Origin: Flavobacteriaceae bacterium
Lineage (GTDB): Bacteria > Bacteroidota > Bacteroidia > Flavobacteriales > Flavobacteriaceae
Assembly (NCBI GenBank): GCA_947451525.1
Contig: CANFZM010000013.1
Coordinates: forward strand, 5,220-69,219
Direction of reading: 5' to 3'
DNA: 64,000 nucleotides
Below are positions 10,636 through 20,579 of this stretch, piece by piece (positions within the stretch are counted from its first letter, which is position 1; each line of letters opens with the position of its first letter). The notes under the pieces are model-generated. The model was not told where the DNA came from and searched no databases. It was given only the letters and a program-made list of their open reading frames with translations. Both the position numbers and the translations under genes were made by a program.

Positions 10636-11037
10636 ATGGAAGCAATTAAAAAAAGACTTGGCATTTGGATGGATCATTCTAATGCTCACTTAATCGAATT
10701 TTCTGACGAAGTTAAAGATACCAAAACCATTAATTCTGATTTTTCGAATGAAGATAAAGTAGAAACCTTGAAACGGAGCGAAAGTGAAATGCACAATAAA
10801 GAAAATCAGAAACTTACTACTTATTATAAAAATTTAGCAGTAGTAATTGAAAATTTTGATGAAGTGCTATTATTTGGCCCAACGGATGCAAAAGTGGAAT
10901 TATTCAATTTTTTAAAAGAACATCATAAATACGATAAAATTAAAATTGAAGTAAAAAATACAGATAAAATGAGTGATGTGGAGCAACATCATTTCGTTCG
11001 AGAATATTTCAATCGATTTGAATTCAAAAATATATAA
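10636..11037 (+). CDS. Hypothetical protein resembling the eRF1-domain-2 / baeRF-like family
   Basis: LGIWMDHSNAHLI at the N-terminus and VLLFGPTDAKVELFNFL; the family call is pattern recognition only. Confidence 0.45.
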   Translation: MEAIKKRLGIWMDHSNAHLIEFSDEVKDTKTINSDFSNEDKVETLKRSESEMHNKENQKLTTYYKNLAVVIENFDEVLLFGPTDAKVELFNFLKEHHKYDKIKIEVKNTDKMSDVEQHHFVREYFNRFEFKNI

Positions 11038-11038
11038 A

Positions 11039-12241
11039 ATGAAAAAATGGATACTGATTTCAACTTCTATAGTACTAATTGCATCCATCTCCTACTATTA
11101 TTTTCGAGAAAACAAATCCGAACTAATTACTTTAGAAACGAGCAAAGCATACTATGGTTATATAGCCAATAGTATCACAGCAACCGGAACCATTCAGCCA
11201 TTAGATACGGTTTCGGTTGGTGCTCAAGTTTCGGGGGTGGTTAAAAAAATATATGCCGATTATAATTCCATTGTAAAAAAAGGGCAGTTATTAGCACAAA
11301 TTGACCCCTCTATTATTTTGGCCCAAAAAGAAGTCGCCAATTCAAATCTTACCAACGCCAGAAGTAACTTAACGTTTCAGGAAAGTAATTTTTATCGTCA
11401 AAAAACACTCTACAGTAAAGATATTATTAGCAAATCGGAATATGAAATTGCTCTAAACCAATACAATGTTGCAAAATCAACTGTAAATAATACTTTAGCA
11501 CAACTTCGAATTACCAATAAGAATCTTTCCTATACCGATATTTATTCTCCTATTGATGGTATGGTTCTTAACCGAAATGTAAGCGAAGGTCAAACTATTG
11601 CTTCAAGTTTCAACGCTCCTACCCTTTTTGTAATTGCAAAAGATTTAACCAAAATGCAAGTACGAGCCGCAGTGGATGAAGCCGATATTGGTGAAGTAAA
11701 ATCAGGACAAAATGTAAGTTTTACAGTTGATGCGTTTCCGACCGAGGTTTTTAAAGGCACTGTAAAAGATGTTTTACTTCATGCAAAAGTTACTGCCAAT
11801 GTGGTTACTTACACTACTTTGATAAATGTGGATAATACCAATTTGAAATTGAAACCAGGTATGACCGCTAGCATCAATATTTATACTAAGGAAGATGCTA
11901 AAGCGCTATTAATCCCTTCAAAATCTTTGAGTTTTAAGCCCGATAGTCTTGCCGAAAAACAATTTGTAATTGTTAAAGTTAAAAAAGCAATTCCATCTGA
12001 AAATCCAGAAATTAAAACAGCACATATTTGGAGGAAATCTGGAGATACTCTTTTTGAAAAAATCATTACCATTGATATGAACGATGATGTTAATGTGAAA
12101 ATAACAGAAGGCTTATCTGAAGGGGAAGAAGTTATTATCGATGCTCAAAAATCTGCAGAGAATACTACAACTAATGCCACACAAAAAAGCCCTTTCATGC
12201 CACAAATGGGACGAAGAAACACTTCAAAACCCTCAAAATAA
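11039..12241 (+). CDS. Efflux membrane-fusion protein (MacA-like)
   Basis: TATGTIQP, VGAQVSG, SPIDGMV, VDEADIG, LKPGMTA; start trimmed to MKKWILIS. Confidence 0.88.
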   Translation: MKKWILISTSIVLIASISYYYFRENKSELITLETSKAYYGYIANSITATGTIQPLDTVSVGAQVSGVVKKIYADYNSIVKKGQLLAQIDPSIILAQKEVANSNLTNARSNLTFQESNFYRQKTLYSKDIISKSEYEIALNQYNVAKSTVNNTLAQLRITNKNLSYTDIYSPIDGMVLNRNVSEGQTIASSFNAPTLFVIAKDLTKMQVRAAVDEADIGEVKSGQNVSFTVDAFPTEVFKGTVKDVLLHAKVTANVVTYTTLINVDNTNLKLKPGMTASINIYTKEDAKALLIPSKSLSFKPDSLAEKQFVIVKVKKAIPSENPEIKTAHIWRKSGDTLFEKIITIDMNDDVNVKITEGLSEGEEVIIDAQKSAENTTTNATQKSPFMPQMGRRNTSKPSK

Positions 12242-12987
12242 TGGATGTTATTGTTGATATAAAAAATCTTAAACGAGAATTTATAATTGGAGACCAAATT
12301 GTTAAAGCACTAAATGATGTAAGTTTCACCATTAACTCGGGAGAATTTATAACCATTATGGGCAGTAGTGGTTCTGGAAAAACTACGTTGCTAAATATTC
12401 TCGGATGCCTTGAAAAACCTACTCATGGCACCTATTTATTAGACGGGACCAACGTTAGTAACCTTTCTAAAAATGAATTAGCCAATTTGCGAAATACCAA
12501 ATTAGGATTTGTATTTCAATCGTACAATCTTTTAGCAAGAACTTCCGCTATTGAAAATGTGGAATTACCTTTATTATACAACAGTAAATTTTCCGCCAAG
12601 GAACGAAAAGAAAAAGCCATTCAAGCATTAGAAGCAGTAAAACTATCTGATAGAATGTATCATTTACCAAGCCAATTATCTGGAGGGCAACAACAAAGAG
12701 TTGCAATTGCGAGAGCATTAGTCAACGATCCAATAATGATTTTAGCAGATGAAGCCACAGGAAATTTAGACTCAAGAACTTCTTACGAAATCATGATGCT
12801 TATTCAAGATTTAAATGCTCAAGGCAAAACAATTGTTTTTGTTACTCATGAACCCGATATTGCAGCCTTTAGCAAACGAACCATAACACTAAAAGATGGT
12901 TGTATTCTGAAAGATGTTGTTAACCAAAATGTAAAAAGCGCCAAAGCCGTTTTAGAAAGTTTACCACCTCTAAATGAAGTAAAATGA
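12241..12987 (+). CDS. ABC transporter ATP-binding protein (MacB-like NBD)
   Basis: GSSGSGKTT, LSGGQQQRVAIARAL, ADEATGNLD, VTHE. Confidence 0.92.
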   Translation: MDVIVDIKNLKREFIIGDQIVKALNDVSFTINSGEFITIMGSSGSGKTTLLNILGCLEKPTHGTYLLDGTNVSNLSKNELANLRNTKLGFVFQSYNLLARTSAIENVELPLLYNSKFSAKERKEKAIQALEAVKLSDRMYHLPSQLSGGQQQRVAIARALVNDPIMILADEATGNLDSRTSYEIMMLIQDLNAQGKTIVFVTHEPDIAAFSKRTITLKDGCILKDVVNQNVKSAKAVLESLPPLNEVK

Positions 12988-14204
12988 AAATAACCAATCT
13001 TTTACGCATCGCGTGGAGAGCCATTAGTAGGAATAAATTACGAACATTTCTTACTATGCTGGGAATAATTATTGGGGTCGCTGCGGTAATTACTATGATT
13101 GCAATTGGAGAGGGATCCAAAAAAAGTATTCAAAGTCAAATTACTGCTATGGGTAGTAATATGATTATCATTCGACCCGTTAGTAATGTGCAAGGTGGCG
13201 TCAGAATGGACAATGCATCGGTGCAATCGTTAGATGAAAAAGATGTTCTTGCTTTAAAAAAACAACCCGAATTCATTAATGCTGTTTCACCCTATTTATC
13301 CTCGAAAGGGCAAGTTATTAACGGAACTTATAATTGGTCTACTTCCATTCAAGGAGTAACTCCCGATTTTTTTATCATCCGAAATTGGACTTTACAAGAC
13401 GGATTGCCGTTTACCAATAAAGATGTAAAATCGGGAGCCAAAGTTTGTTTGGTTGGACAAACCATCATTGCTAATTTATTTCCAGACGATAAAAATGTAA
13501 TAGGCAAATTTATTCGATTCAAAAAAATACCATTCAAAATCATCGGAATTTTAAATAAAAAAGGAGAAAACACTTTTGGGCAAGACCAAGATGATGTAAT
13601 TCTTACTCCGATAACAACCGTTCAGAAAAGAATTTTAGCGGTTACTTATTATCAAAATATCTATGTGTCAGCAATAAACGAAGCGGCAACTGAAGATGCT
13701 GCTAGTGAAGTGCAAGCAGTTTTGCGAATTAGCCATAAATTACCTAAAGGAACCGAAGACGATTTCACGGTGCGAACACAAGCCGAATTAATTAGCACTT
13801 TTAGTTCAACCAGCAGTATTCTAACCATTTTACTTACCGTTATTGCTGGAATTTCCTTGGTTGTTGGAGGTATCGGAATCATGAATATCATGTATGTATC
13901 GGTAACCGAGCGTACCAAAGAAATTGGTTTACGAATGGCGATTGGTGCACGCGGAGTGGATATATTAATTCAATTTTTAATTGAAGCCATTTTAATAAGT
14001 ATTAGTGGTGGGATAATTGGTGTAATCTTTGGAATAACTGCTACTAAATTGGTTACTTATTTTATACATTGGCCAACTTTAATTACCTCATCTTCGGTAA
14101 CAATTTCTTTTTTAGTTTGCTTTGTTACGGGTGTTTTCTTTGGCTATTATCCTGCATCCAAAGCATCCAATTTAGATCCTATTGAAGCCTTACGTTATGA
14201 ATAA
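12984..14204 (+). CDS. ABC transporter permease (MacB/FtsX-like)
   Basis: LTMLGIIIGVAAV, GGIGIMNIMYVSVTERTKEIGLRMAIGA, PIEALRYE. Confidence 0.92.
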   Translation: MKITNLLRIAWRAISRNKLRTFLTMLGIIIGVAAVITMIAIGEGSKKSIQSQITAMGSNMIIIRPVSNVQGGVRMDNASVQSLDEKDVLALKKQPEFINAVSPYLSSKGQVINGTYNWSTSIQGVTPDFFIIRNWTLQDGLPFTNKDVKSGAKVCLVGQTIIANLFPDDKNVIGKFIRFKKIPFKIIGILNKKGENTFGQDQDDVILTPITTVQKRILAVTYYQNIYVSAINEAATEDAASEVQAVLRISHKLPKGTEDDFTVRTQAELISTFSSTSSILTILLTVIAGISLVVGGIGIMNIMYVSVTERTKEIGLRMAIGARGVDILIQFLIEAILISISGGIIGVIFGITATKLVTYFIHWPTLITSSSVTISFLVCFVTGVFFGYYPASKASNLDPIEALRYE

Positions 14205-14307
14205 AGCAAGTAATTTATGTAAATCTTATCCCTAGAAATGTAACAATTTATAGAGTAAACCCAACCACCTTTACTCTATTAAATTAACACTCAAAAAACA
14301 AAATAAA

Positions 14308-14595
14308 ATGAAAAAAATCTATCTATTACTAAGTATGATAAGCATCTTATCATTATTTACCTCTTGTTCTGCAGGCTATGTCACAGACGAACCAACCTAT
14401 GTTGAAACCACTCGACCAATGAGCCCAAATTCTAGTTACATTTGGATTGAAGGAGATTGGAGATGGAACAATCAAACTCGGAATTACTATCATGAAAATG
14501 GAAGATGGGAAGCACCCAGTCGAGGAAGAAACTACAAACAAGGTCACTGGAATCAATCACCCCGCGGACACAAATGGGTTAGAGGGCACAGATAA
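14308..14595 (+). CDS. Small lipoprotein with YXWGXW-like repeats
   Basis: Lipobox LFTSC; repeated YIWIEGDW / ENGRW / KQGHW / KWVRGH. Confidence 0.75.
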   Translation: MKKIYLLLSMISILSLFTSCSAGYVTDEPTYVETTRPMSPNSSYIWIEGDWRWNNQTRNYYHENGRWEAPSRGRNYKQGHWNQSPRGHKWVRGHR

Positions 14596-14748
14596 CTATT
14601 AAAATATTAACCATAACTTTTAGTGGTGGTTAATTCTTTAAAGTTACAAGATTTCTATTTAAATTAATTTTTAAATTACTTACAAACGACAATACTTTAG
14701 ATTTGTTCCCCAATGATAAATTGAGTAAATTTGTAGAACTTTTGAATC

Positions 14749-15078
14749 ATGGGAAATTTTAAACAACGCTGGAACCTTACTACTAATTGGCAAATTTTTG
14801 TCCTTATTTTAGTATTTGCTATTACAGGTTCATCAGCAGCAATGCTCTCTAAACCCATTTTGCATTGGCTAGGAATTTCCAAAGAAACGCACCACATTGC
14901 TTTATATTTACTGCTTTATATTTTAATTATTTTTCCAATTTACCAAATACTGTTAGTAGCAATCGGGTTTCTTTTTGGACAATTCAAATTCTTTTGGGCA
15001 TTTGAAAAGAAAATACTCCAATCCATGAAATTAGGGTTTATTATTAATTTCTTCGAAAACAAAAAAGGAACCAAATAG
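14749..15078 (+). CDS. Membrane protein (DUF6787-like)
   Basis: VFAITGSS, PIYQILL, FLFGQFKFFWAFEKK. Confidence 0.7.
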   Translation: MGNFKQRWNLTTNWQIFVLILVFAITGSSAAMLSKPILHWLGISKETHHIALYLLLYILIIFPIYQILLVAIGFLFGQFKFFWAFEKKILQSMKLGFIINFFENKKGTK

Positions 15079-15089
15079 GCTCCTTTTTT
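15061..15089. terminator. Bidirectional terminator between the DUF6787-like gene and folE
   Basis: AAAAAAGGA...TCCTTTTTT. Confidence 0.65.
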
Positions 15090-15109
15090 GTTTTACTAAA
15101 TCCAATAGA

Positions 15110-15781
15110 TTACTTATCGTTTTTTATCAAATTAAAAAAGTCGTTTCTATTTTCTTTTTCATCAAATATACCGCCATATTGAATGGTAGAAGTATAACTC
15201 GATTCGTCTTTAATACCACGACTGGAAACACAAAGATGGGTAGCTTCCATAACAACAATTACATTATCGGTTTCTAATACAGTTTTCAATTCATTGAAAA
15301 TTTGCATTATCAATCGCTCTTGCACTTGAGGACGTCGCGAATAATAATCTACAATTCTATTCAATTTAGATAATCCAATTACTTTTCCGCTAGAAACATA
15401 ACCAATATGTGCTTTACCAACTATAGGTAAAAAATGATGTTCACAAGTAGAATTGAAACTTATATTGGCTTCCACCAACATTTTGTCGTAGTTATAACTG
15501 TTATCAAAAACAGATATTTTAGGCTTGTTAGCAGGATTTAATCCTGAAAATATTTCTTGAATAAACATTTTTGCTACTCTATGTGGAGTACCTTGTAGGC
15601 TATCATCCGTCATATCCAAGCCCATTTCCTCCATAATTATATGGAAATGCTTTTCTATGGTAGTCATTTTATCAGCATCCGATTTATCAAATGCATCGGC
15701 TCTTAAAGGAGTTTCGGCAGAAGTCATTTGATGGTTATCGCCAATCAATTCGTAAATCTCTTTTTCAATTAATGTGTTCAT
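15110..15781 (-). CDS. folE: GTP cyclohydrolase I
   Basis: TPHRVAKM, STCEHHFLP, GLSKLNRIV, PQVQERL, HLCVSSRG. Confidence 0.95.
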   Translation of the reverse strand: MNTLIEKEIYELIGDNHQMTSAETPLRADAFDKSDADKMTTIEKHFHIIMEEMGLDMTDDSLQGTPHRVAKMFIQEIFSGLNPANKPKISVFDNSYNYDKMLVEANISFNSTCEHHFLPIVGKAHIGYVSSGKVIGLSKLNRIVDYYSRRPQVQERLIMQIFNELKTVLETDNVIVVMEATHLCVSSRGIKDESSYTSTIQYGGIFDEKENRNDFFNLIKNDK

Positions 15782-15938
15782 GGCTATTTTTTTATATTTA
15801 TATTTTTGTTTAACAAATTTACATAAATATTAAACAAATAAATTTTTGAATTGGATTTATAAATTTATTGTACTATAAATATTTTCTATATGCTCGATAA
15901 ATAGCAAAATACTTTGTTACTTTGTGAAAAATTGAAGC

Positions 15939-16601
15939 ATGATTAAAGCAAAAAATATTCATAAATATTACGACAGTTTACACGTTCTAAAAGGAGTCGA
16001 TTTACACATTGAAAAAGGTGAAATCGTTTCTATAGTAGGTGCTTCGGGAGCAGGTAAAACAACGCTTTTGCAAATTTTAGGAACGTTAGATCGACCAACT
16101 ATTGAAAAGGAAACTTCTTTAAGTATTAATGGAGAGGAGATTTTGAATATGAATGACAAAACGTTGTCTAAATTTAGAAACCAACATTTAGGATTCATTT
16201 TTCAATTTCACCAATTATTACCCGAATTTACTGCTTTAGAAAACGTATGTATTCCTGCCTATATTGCCGGAAAAGAAAAAGCAGCAACCGAAATAGAAGC
16301 CAAACGATTATTAGATTATTTAGGTCTTTCACACAGAATTGACCACAAACCCAATGCGCTTTCTGGCGGAGAACAACAACGCGTAGCAGTTGCTAGAGCA
16401 TTAATTAACAAACCTTCGGTTATTTTTGCAGATGAACCTTCAGGGAATTTAGATACCGCTTCGGCAGAAAATTTACACCAATTATTTTTTAAACTCCGAG
16501 AAGAATTCGGACAAACCTTTGTAATTGTTACCCATAACGAGGAACTTGCCAATATGGCCGATAGAAAATTGGTTATGGTGGATGGATTGATAAGCAACTA
16601 A
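15939..16601 (+). CDS. ABC ATP-binding protein, LolD-like
   Basis: [46 protein letters not shown]. Confidence 0.85.
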   Translation: MIKAKNIHKYYDSLHVLKGVDLHIEKGEIVSIVGASGAGKTTLLQILGTLDRPTIEKETSLSINGEEILNMNDKTLSKFRNQHLGFIFQFHQLLPEFTALENVCIPAYIAGKEKAATEIEAKRLLDYLGLSHRIDHKPNALSGGEQQRVAVARALINKPSVIFADEPSGNLDTASAENLHQLFFKLREEFGQTFVIVTHNEELANMADRKLVMVDGLISN

Positions 16602-16703
16602 AGTTGGAAGTTGGGAGATGGGAGATGGAAGATGGAAGATGGAAGATGGAAGATGGGAGTTGGAAGATGGGAGATGGGAGTTGGAAGATGGAAGATGGAA
16701 GAT
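16602..16703. repeat. Heptamer tandem array AG(A/T)TGG(A/G) x14
   Basis: 14 full units from 16602 to 16699 plus a partial unit; same unit at 2272-2299 and 43459-43486. Confidence 0.92.
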
Positions 16704-16724
16704 TAAAAAAATGAACTTTATAAA

Positions 16725-18425
16725 ATGCTGCTAATAATTTTATCTTGGATTTACATTCTTATTACTACCATTCATTTAGGATATGGCTTGGATAAATGCC
16801 TTAGTTTAAACAACAAAAATTTTGTAATAACTTCCGTTTTAGGATTATTTTCTGCAACAATTCTAGGAAGTATATGGGCAGTTTTTGGAAGAATAAATAT
16901 TGAATTTCATGTATTTTTATTAGCGCTAAATTTTTTTATTTTTTTTCGATACAAATCCAATATCTTAGAAATTTATAAAACATTTATTAATGAATTTAAG
17001 GGTTTAACCTATAGTTTGCAACTTTATTTAGTAGGCATCATTGTACTAATTATTGCCCAATGCGCAGCCAAACCGTATGTTATTGATAACGAAAGTTACT
17101 ACATCCAAACCATTAAATGGATTAACGAATACGGCTTTGTAAAAGGATTGGCAAACCTTCACATTTTCTTTGGGCAAACCAGCGGATGGCATATTGCACA
17201 AAGTGTTTTTAATTTTTCATTTTTGTATCCCAACTTCAACGATTTAAGTGGTTTTTGCCTAATGCTGGGAACTATTTTTACAATTTTTAAACTGAATTCT
17301 TACTTTGAAAATGGTATAAAAATCTATCTTATTATTGGTTTATTACCCATTGCCAATGTATTGTTATTCCAGTTCATTAGTGCACCTTCACCAGATTTAC
17401 CGGTTTATGTTTTCTCGTTTATGATGTTCTTTTATTTTGTTGCCTATTTCAATAAACCCACTTTACATATATTCAATCTATTGGTAATTTTAGCATTATT
17501 TGTGGTTTTTATAAAACCAACGGCCATTGCAATACTCTTAATTCCGTTACTGTTTTTTATTACAAATTTCAAATTGCTAAAATCGAAAATTGCAACTAGT
17601 TTCATATTGAGCGTTTTGGTTTTAGCACTTTTTCTGATAAAAAATACAATAATTACAGGTTATCCGCTCTACCCTACCCAATTATTCAGCAACTTCAATT
17701 TTGATTTTAAAGTTCCTAAAGTGTTGATTTCATTTTATTTTGATGAAACTAAATTATATGGTTTTTATAGTACCCAAGCGGAATTTCAATCTATGAACCA
17801 ATTTCAAATTTTCATTAAATGGCTAACTTTTAACAACATAAACTCTTTTTTTAATATATTAAATGTGCTCTTAGTTTTTTTTAGTTTCTATTTTGTTTAT
17901 AAATATTACAACCAAAAAAAATATTGGTTACTTTATTTTATAATGGTTTATCAATTTGGTTTATTGCTATTTACCTCACCTCAATTCCGATTTTTCATCC
18001 ATTTTTTACTCTTTTTTAGTTTCCTGATTTTAGTTTGTTTTCTAAATTCCAAAAGACCTATAATTATTTTACTTTATGGAAGTTCACTTATAGTCACATT
18101 CTTAGTGTTAATCCCGATAAATTACTCTGCATTAACTACCAATAAATTACTAGCCGAAAATAGCCATTTTAGTATTTCCGAAATTGTATTTCCACATCCA
18201 AATTCGAAATTAAAAACCCATTTTTACAAACATAAAATTGGAAATCTAGTATATAATTCTCCGGATAAAAATTCCTATTTTTGGACAAATGGTAGTGGAA
18301 AATTACCTTGCGTTAACCTACAACAGATTAATTATTTCATAGTAAATTACCACTACATCCCACAAATGAGAACAAAGGATTTAAAGGATGGTTTTTATTC
18401 TAAAAAAGTTTCTACCAATGAATAA
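16725..18425 (+). CDS. Polytopic membrane protein (LIC_10190-like)
   Basis: 566 aa with many TM stretches; DNESYYIQTIKW, GLANLH, GYPLYP. Confidence 0.65.
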   Translation: MLLIILSWIYILITTIHLGYGLDKCLSLNNKNFVITSVLGLFSATILGSIWAVFGRINIEFHVFLLALNFFIFFRYKSNILEIYKTFINEFKGLTYSLQLYLVGIIVLIIAQCAAKPYVIDNESYYIQTIKWINEYGFVKGLANLHIFFGQTSGWHIAQSVFNFSFLYPNFNDLSGFCLMLGTIFTIFKLNSYFENGIKIYLIIGLLPIANVLLFQFISAPSPDLPVYVFSFMMFFYFVAYFNKPTLHIFNLLVILALFVVFIKPTAIAILLIPLLFFITNFKLLKSKIATSFILSVLVLALFLIKNTIITGYPLYPTQLFSNFNFDFKVPKVLISFYFDETKLYGFYSTQAEFQSMNQFQIFIKWLTFNNINSFFNILNVLLVFFSFYFVYKYYNQKKYWLLYFIMVYQFGLLLFTSPQFRFFIHFLLFFSFLILVCFLNSKRPIIILLYGSSLIVTFLVLIPINYSALTTNKLLAENSHFSISEIVFPHPNSKLKTHFYKHKIGNLVYNSPDKNSYFWTNGSGKLPCVNLQQINYFIVNYHYIPQMRTKDLKDGFYSKKVSTNE

Positions 18426-19182
18426 ATCCGAACTCAAATCGTTTCTTGACGAAAAAGTCTTGCAATACAATACGCTTGATTTTATCGAAAGTGATCCCGT
18501 TCAAATTCCGCATTTGTTTTCTCAAAAAGAAGATATTGAAATTGCAGGTTTTTTATCGGCTACTATTGCTTGGGGAAACCGAAAAATGATTATCAAGAAC
18601 TCCCATAAAATGATGGATTTAATAGGAAATTCTCCTTATGATTTTGTGATGAACCACCAAGAGCACCATCTAGAAAAACTTGAAAATTTTGTACATAGGA
18701 CCTTTAATGGGCAGGATTTTATAAGTTTTATCAAAAGTTTGCAAAACATCTACACCAACCATGGCGGACTGGAAGCCATTTTCACCAAACACCAAGAACC
18801 CGATTCTATTCAAAATGCCATAACCGAATTTAAGAAAGTGTTTTTTGAAATAAACCACCAAAATCGAACCGAAAAACACGTCTCCGACCCAAGTAAAAAT
18901 TCTTCCAGTAAACGAATAAACATGTGGCTTCGATGGAATTGCCGCCAAGATACTAAAGGGGTAGATTTAGGAATTTGGAAAAACATTTCACCCTCCAAAC
19001 TGAGTTGCCCTTTAGACGTGCATTCAGGAAATGTAGCCCGAAAACTAGGCTTACTTTCTAGAAGTCAAAACGATGCCAAGGCAGTAGCCGAACTAGACAC
19101 CAACTTACGTTTGTTAGACCCCAATGATCCAGTAAAATACGATTTTGCTTTATTCGGTTTAGGTGTTTTTGAAAAGTTTTAA
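18418..19182 (+). CDS. TIGR02757 family protein
   Basis: FIESDPVQIPH, IAWGNRK, KRINMWLRW, PLDVHSG, DPVKYDFALFG. Confidence 0.85.
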   Translation: MNKSELKSFLDEKVLQYNTLDFIESDPVQIPHLFSQKEDIEIAGFLSATIAWGNRKMIIKNSHKMMDLIGNSPYDFVMNHQEHHLEKLENFVHRTFNGQDFISFIKSLQNIYTNHGGLEAIFTKHQEPDSIQNAITEFKKVFFEINHQNRTEKHVSDPSKNSSSKRINMWLRWNCRQDTKGVDLGIWKNISPSKLSCPLDVHSGNVARKLGLLSRSQNDAKAVAELDTNLRLLDPNDPVKYDFALFGLGVFEKF

Positions 19183-19262
19183 AATTCATAATTCGTAATT
19201 TTAAATTCATAATTTCCAATTTTTATTCTATTTTTGTAAAAACCAAAATACTACACACAAAT

Positions 19263-19871
19263 ATGCTAATTATAGGAATCGCTGGCGGAACAGGATCAGG
19301 TAAAACTACTGTTGTTCACCAAATTATGAACGAATTACCAGAAACCGAAGTTGGGATTATCTCCCAAGATTCTTATTACAAACAAAATGTAGGTATGAGT
19401 TATGAAGAACGAAGCAACATCAACTTCGACCATCCACGTGCTATCGATTTTGAACTTTTAGTACAACAACTTAAAGATTTAAAAGCGGGTAAAACCATCG
19501 ACCAACCCGTATATTCCTTTGTTACTCACAATAGAACCGAAGATACGATTAGCACCCATCCAAGAAAAGTAATGATTGTAGAAGGAATTTTAATCCTAAC
19601 CAATCCCGAACTTCGCGACATGTTTGACATCAAAGTTTACGTCCATGCCGATTCCGATGAACGTTTAATTCGCCGACTAAAAAGAGACATTGCCGAACGT
19701 GGCCGCGATATGGAAGAGGTGCTTAACCGCTACCAAACCACGCTAAAACCAATGCACCAACAATTCATCGAACCAACCAAAGCTTTTGCCGACATCATCA
19801 TTCCCAACGACAAATACAACACCGTGGCAATCGACGTAGTTCGCGCAGTAATCAACCAACGTCTAACTTAA
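19263..19871 (+). CDS. udk: Uridine kinase
   Basis: GIAGGTGSGKTT, QDSYYK, NFDHPRAID, RRLKRD. Confidence 0.93.
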   Translation: MLIIGIAGGTGSGKTTVVHQIMNELPETEVGIISQDSYYKQNVGMSYEERSNINFDHPRAIDFELLVQQLKDLKAGKTIDQPVYSFVTHNRTEDTISTHPRKVMIVEGILILTNPELRDMFDIKVYVHADSDERLIRRLKRDIAERGRDMEEVLNRYQTTLKPMHQQFIEPTKAFADIIIPNDKYNTVAIDVVRAVINQRLT

Positions 19872-19888
19872 TTTTGTAACTTTATCAA

Positions 19889-20242
19889 ATGAAAAATTGG
19901 TACCAAAATCTTGTTCAAAAGTATCCCTACCTAAAATTTTTAGGAAGCCGATACACCTTGGTACTCCTGTTTTTCATCGTTTGGATGCTCTTCCTAGACA
20001 ACCAATCCTATCTAGATCAAAGAATTCTGAACAAACAAATTGATGAATTAGAAGACAACAAAACTTACTATAAAGAAGAAATTGCAAAAGACGAACAAAG
20101 CATAAAAAACTTAAAAAATCCTGGGCAAACCGAACGATACGCTCGAGAAAAGTACTACATGAAACGCGACAGCGAAGATATTTACATCATTGATATTGAA
20201 GATGATAAAATAAAAGATAGTTTAGAAGAAGCGAAACAGTAG
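19889..20242 (+). CDS. Septum formation initiator FtsB/DivIC family
   Basis: TM segment, coiled coil, ERYAREKYYMKR. Confidence 0.8.
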   Translation: MKNWYQNLVQKYPYLKFLGSRYTLVLLFFIVWMLFLDNQSYLDQRILNKQIDELEDNKTYYKEEIAKDEQSIKNLKNPGQTERYAREKYYMKRDSEDIYIIDIEDDKIKDSLEEAKQ

Positions 20243-20254
20243 GCATTCCTACAA

Positions 20255-20360
20255 TGGCAATTCCCGCTTTACGTTGCAATCTGTCATTGCGAGGAACTAA
20301 GAATCTAATAACATTATTTCTTTATCGCAATGCCAGGATTTTCACTTCAATCGGGGCTAG
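20255..20360 (-). ncRNA. Flavo-1-like structured repeat element, copy 3
   Basis: Revcomp TAGCCCCGATTGAAGTGAAAATCC ... GATTGCAACGTAAAGCGGGAATTGCC. Confidence 0.6.
20283..20305. repeat. REP-like element nested in Flavo-1-like copy 3
   Basis: GTCATTGCGAGGAACTAAGAATC, a reverse-complement variant of 2597-2620. Confidence 0.7.
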
Positions 20361-20579
20361 AAAGGTTATGTCTTTTGTGAAATATAATCTCCAAAAGACC
20401 TTTCACAGTAAATAAGAAATTACCACAAAATAAAAATCTTCTATAGAGAATTCTTAGTTTCCAGCACCACAAATTGAGTTATATTTAAGATATATACCTA
20501 ATTTGCAAAAAATCCTATTTATTTCCCCAAAAAACATTTTTTTTACCCTAAATTTGAAGTACTAAAAAGCACTACAATT

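Noticed and set aside
10973-11038. ORF-track N-terminal extensions (MFP, ychF, Uma2, WG protein, TIGR02757, rhodanese-Trx, gap)
   Set aside because: They overlap upstream genes or promoter boxes; downstream starts match the family N-termini or signal peptides.
16602-16703. Possible CRISPR array
   Set aside because: Contiguous 7-bp units with no unique spacers and no cas genes.
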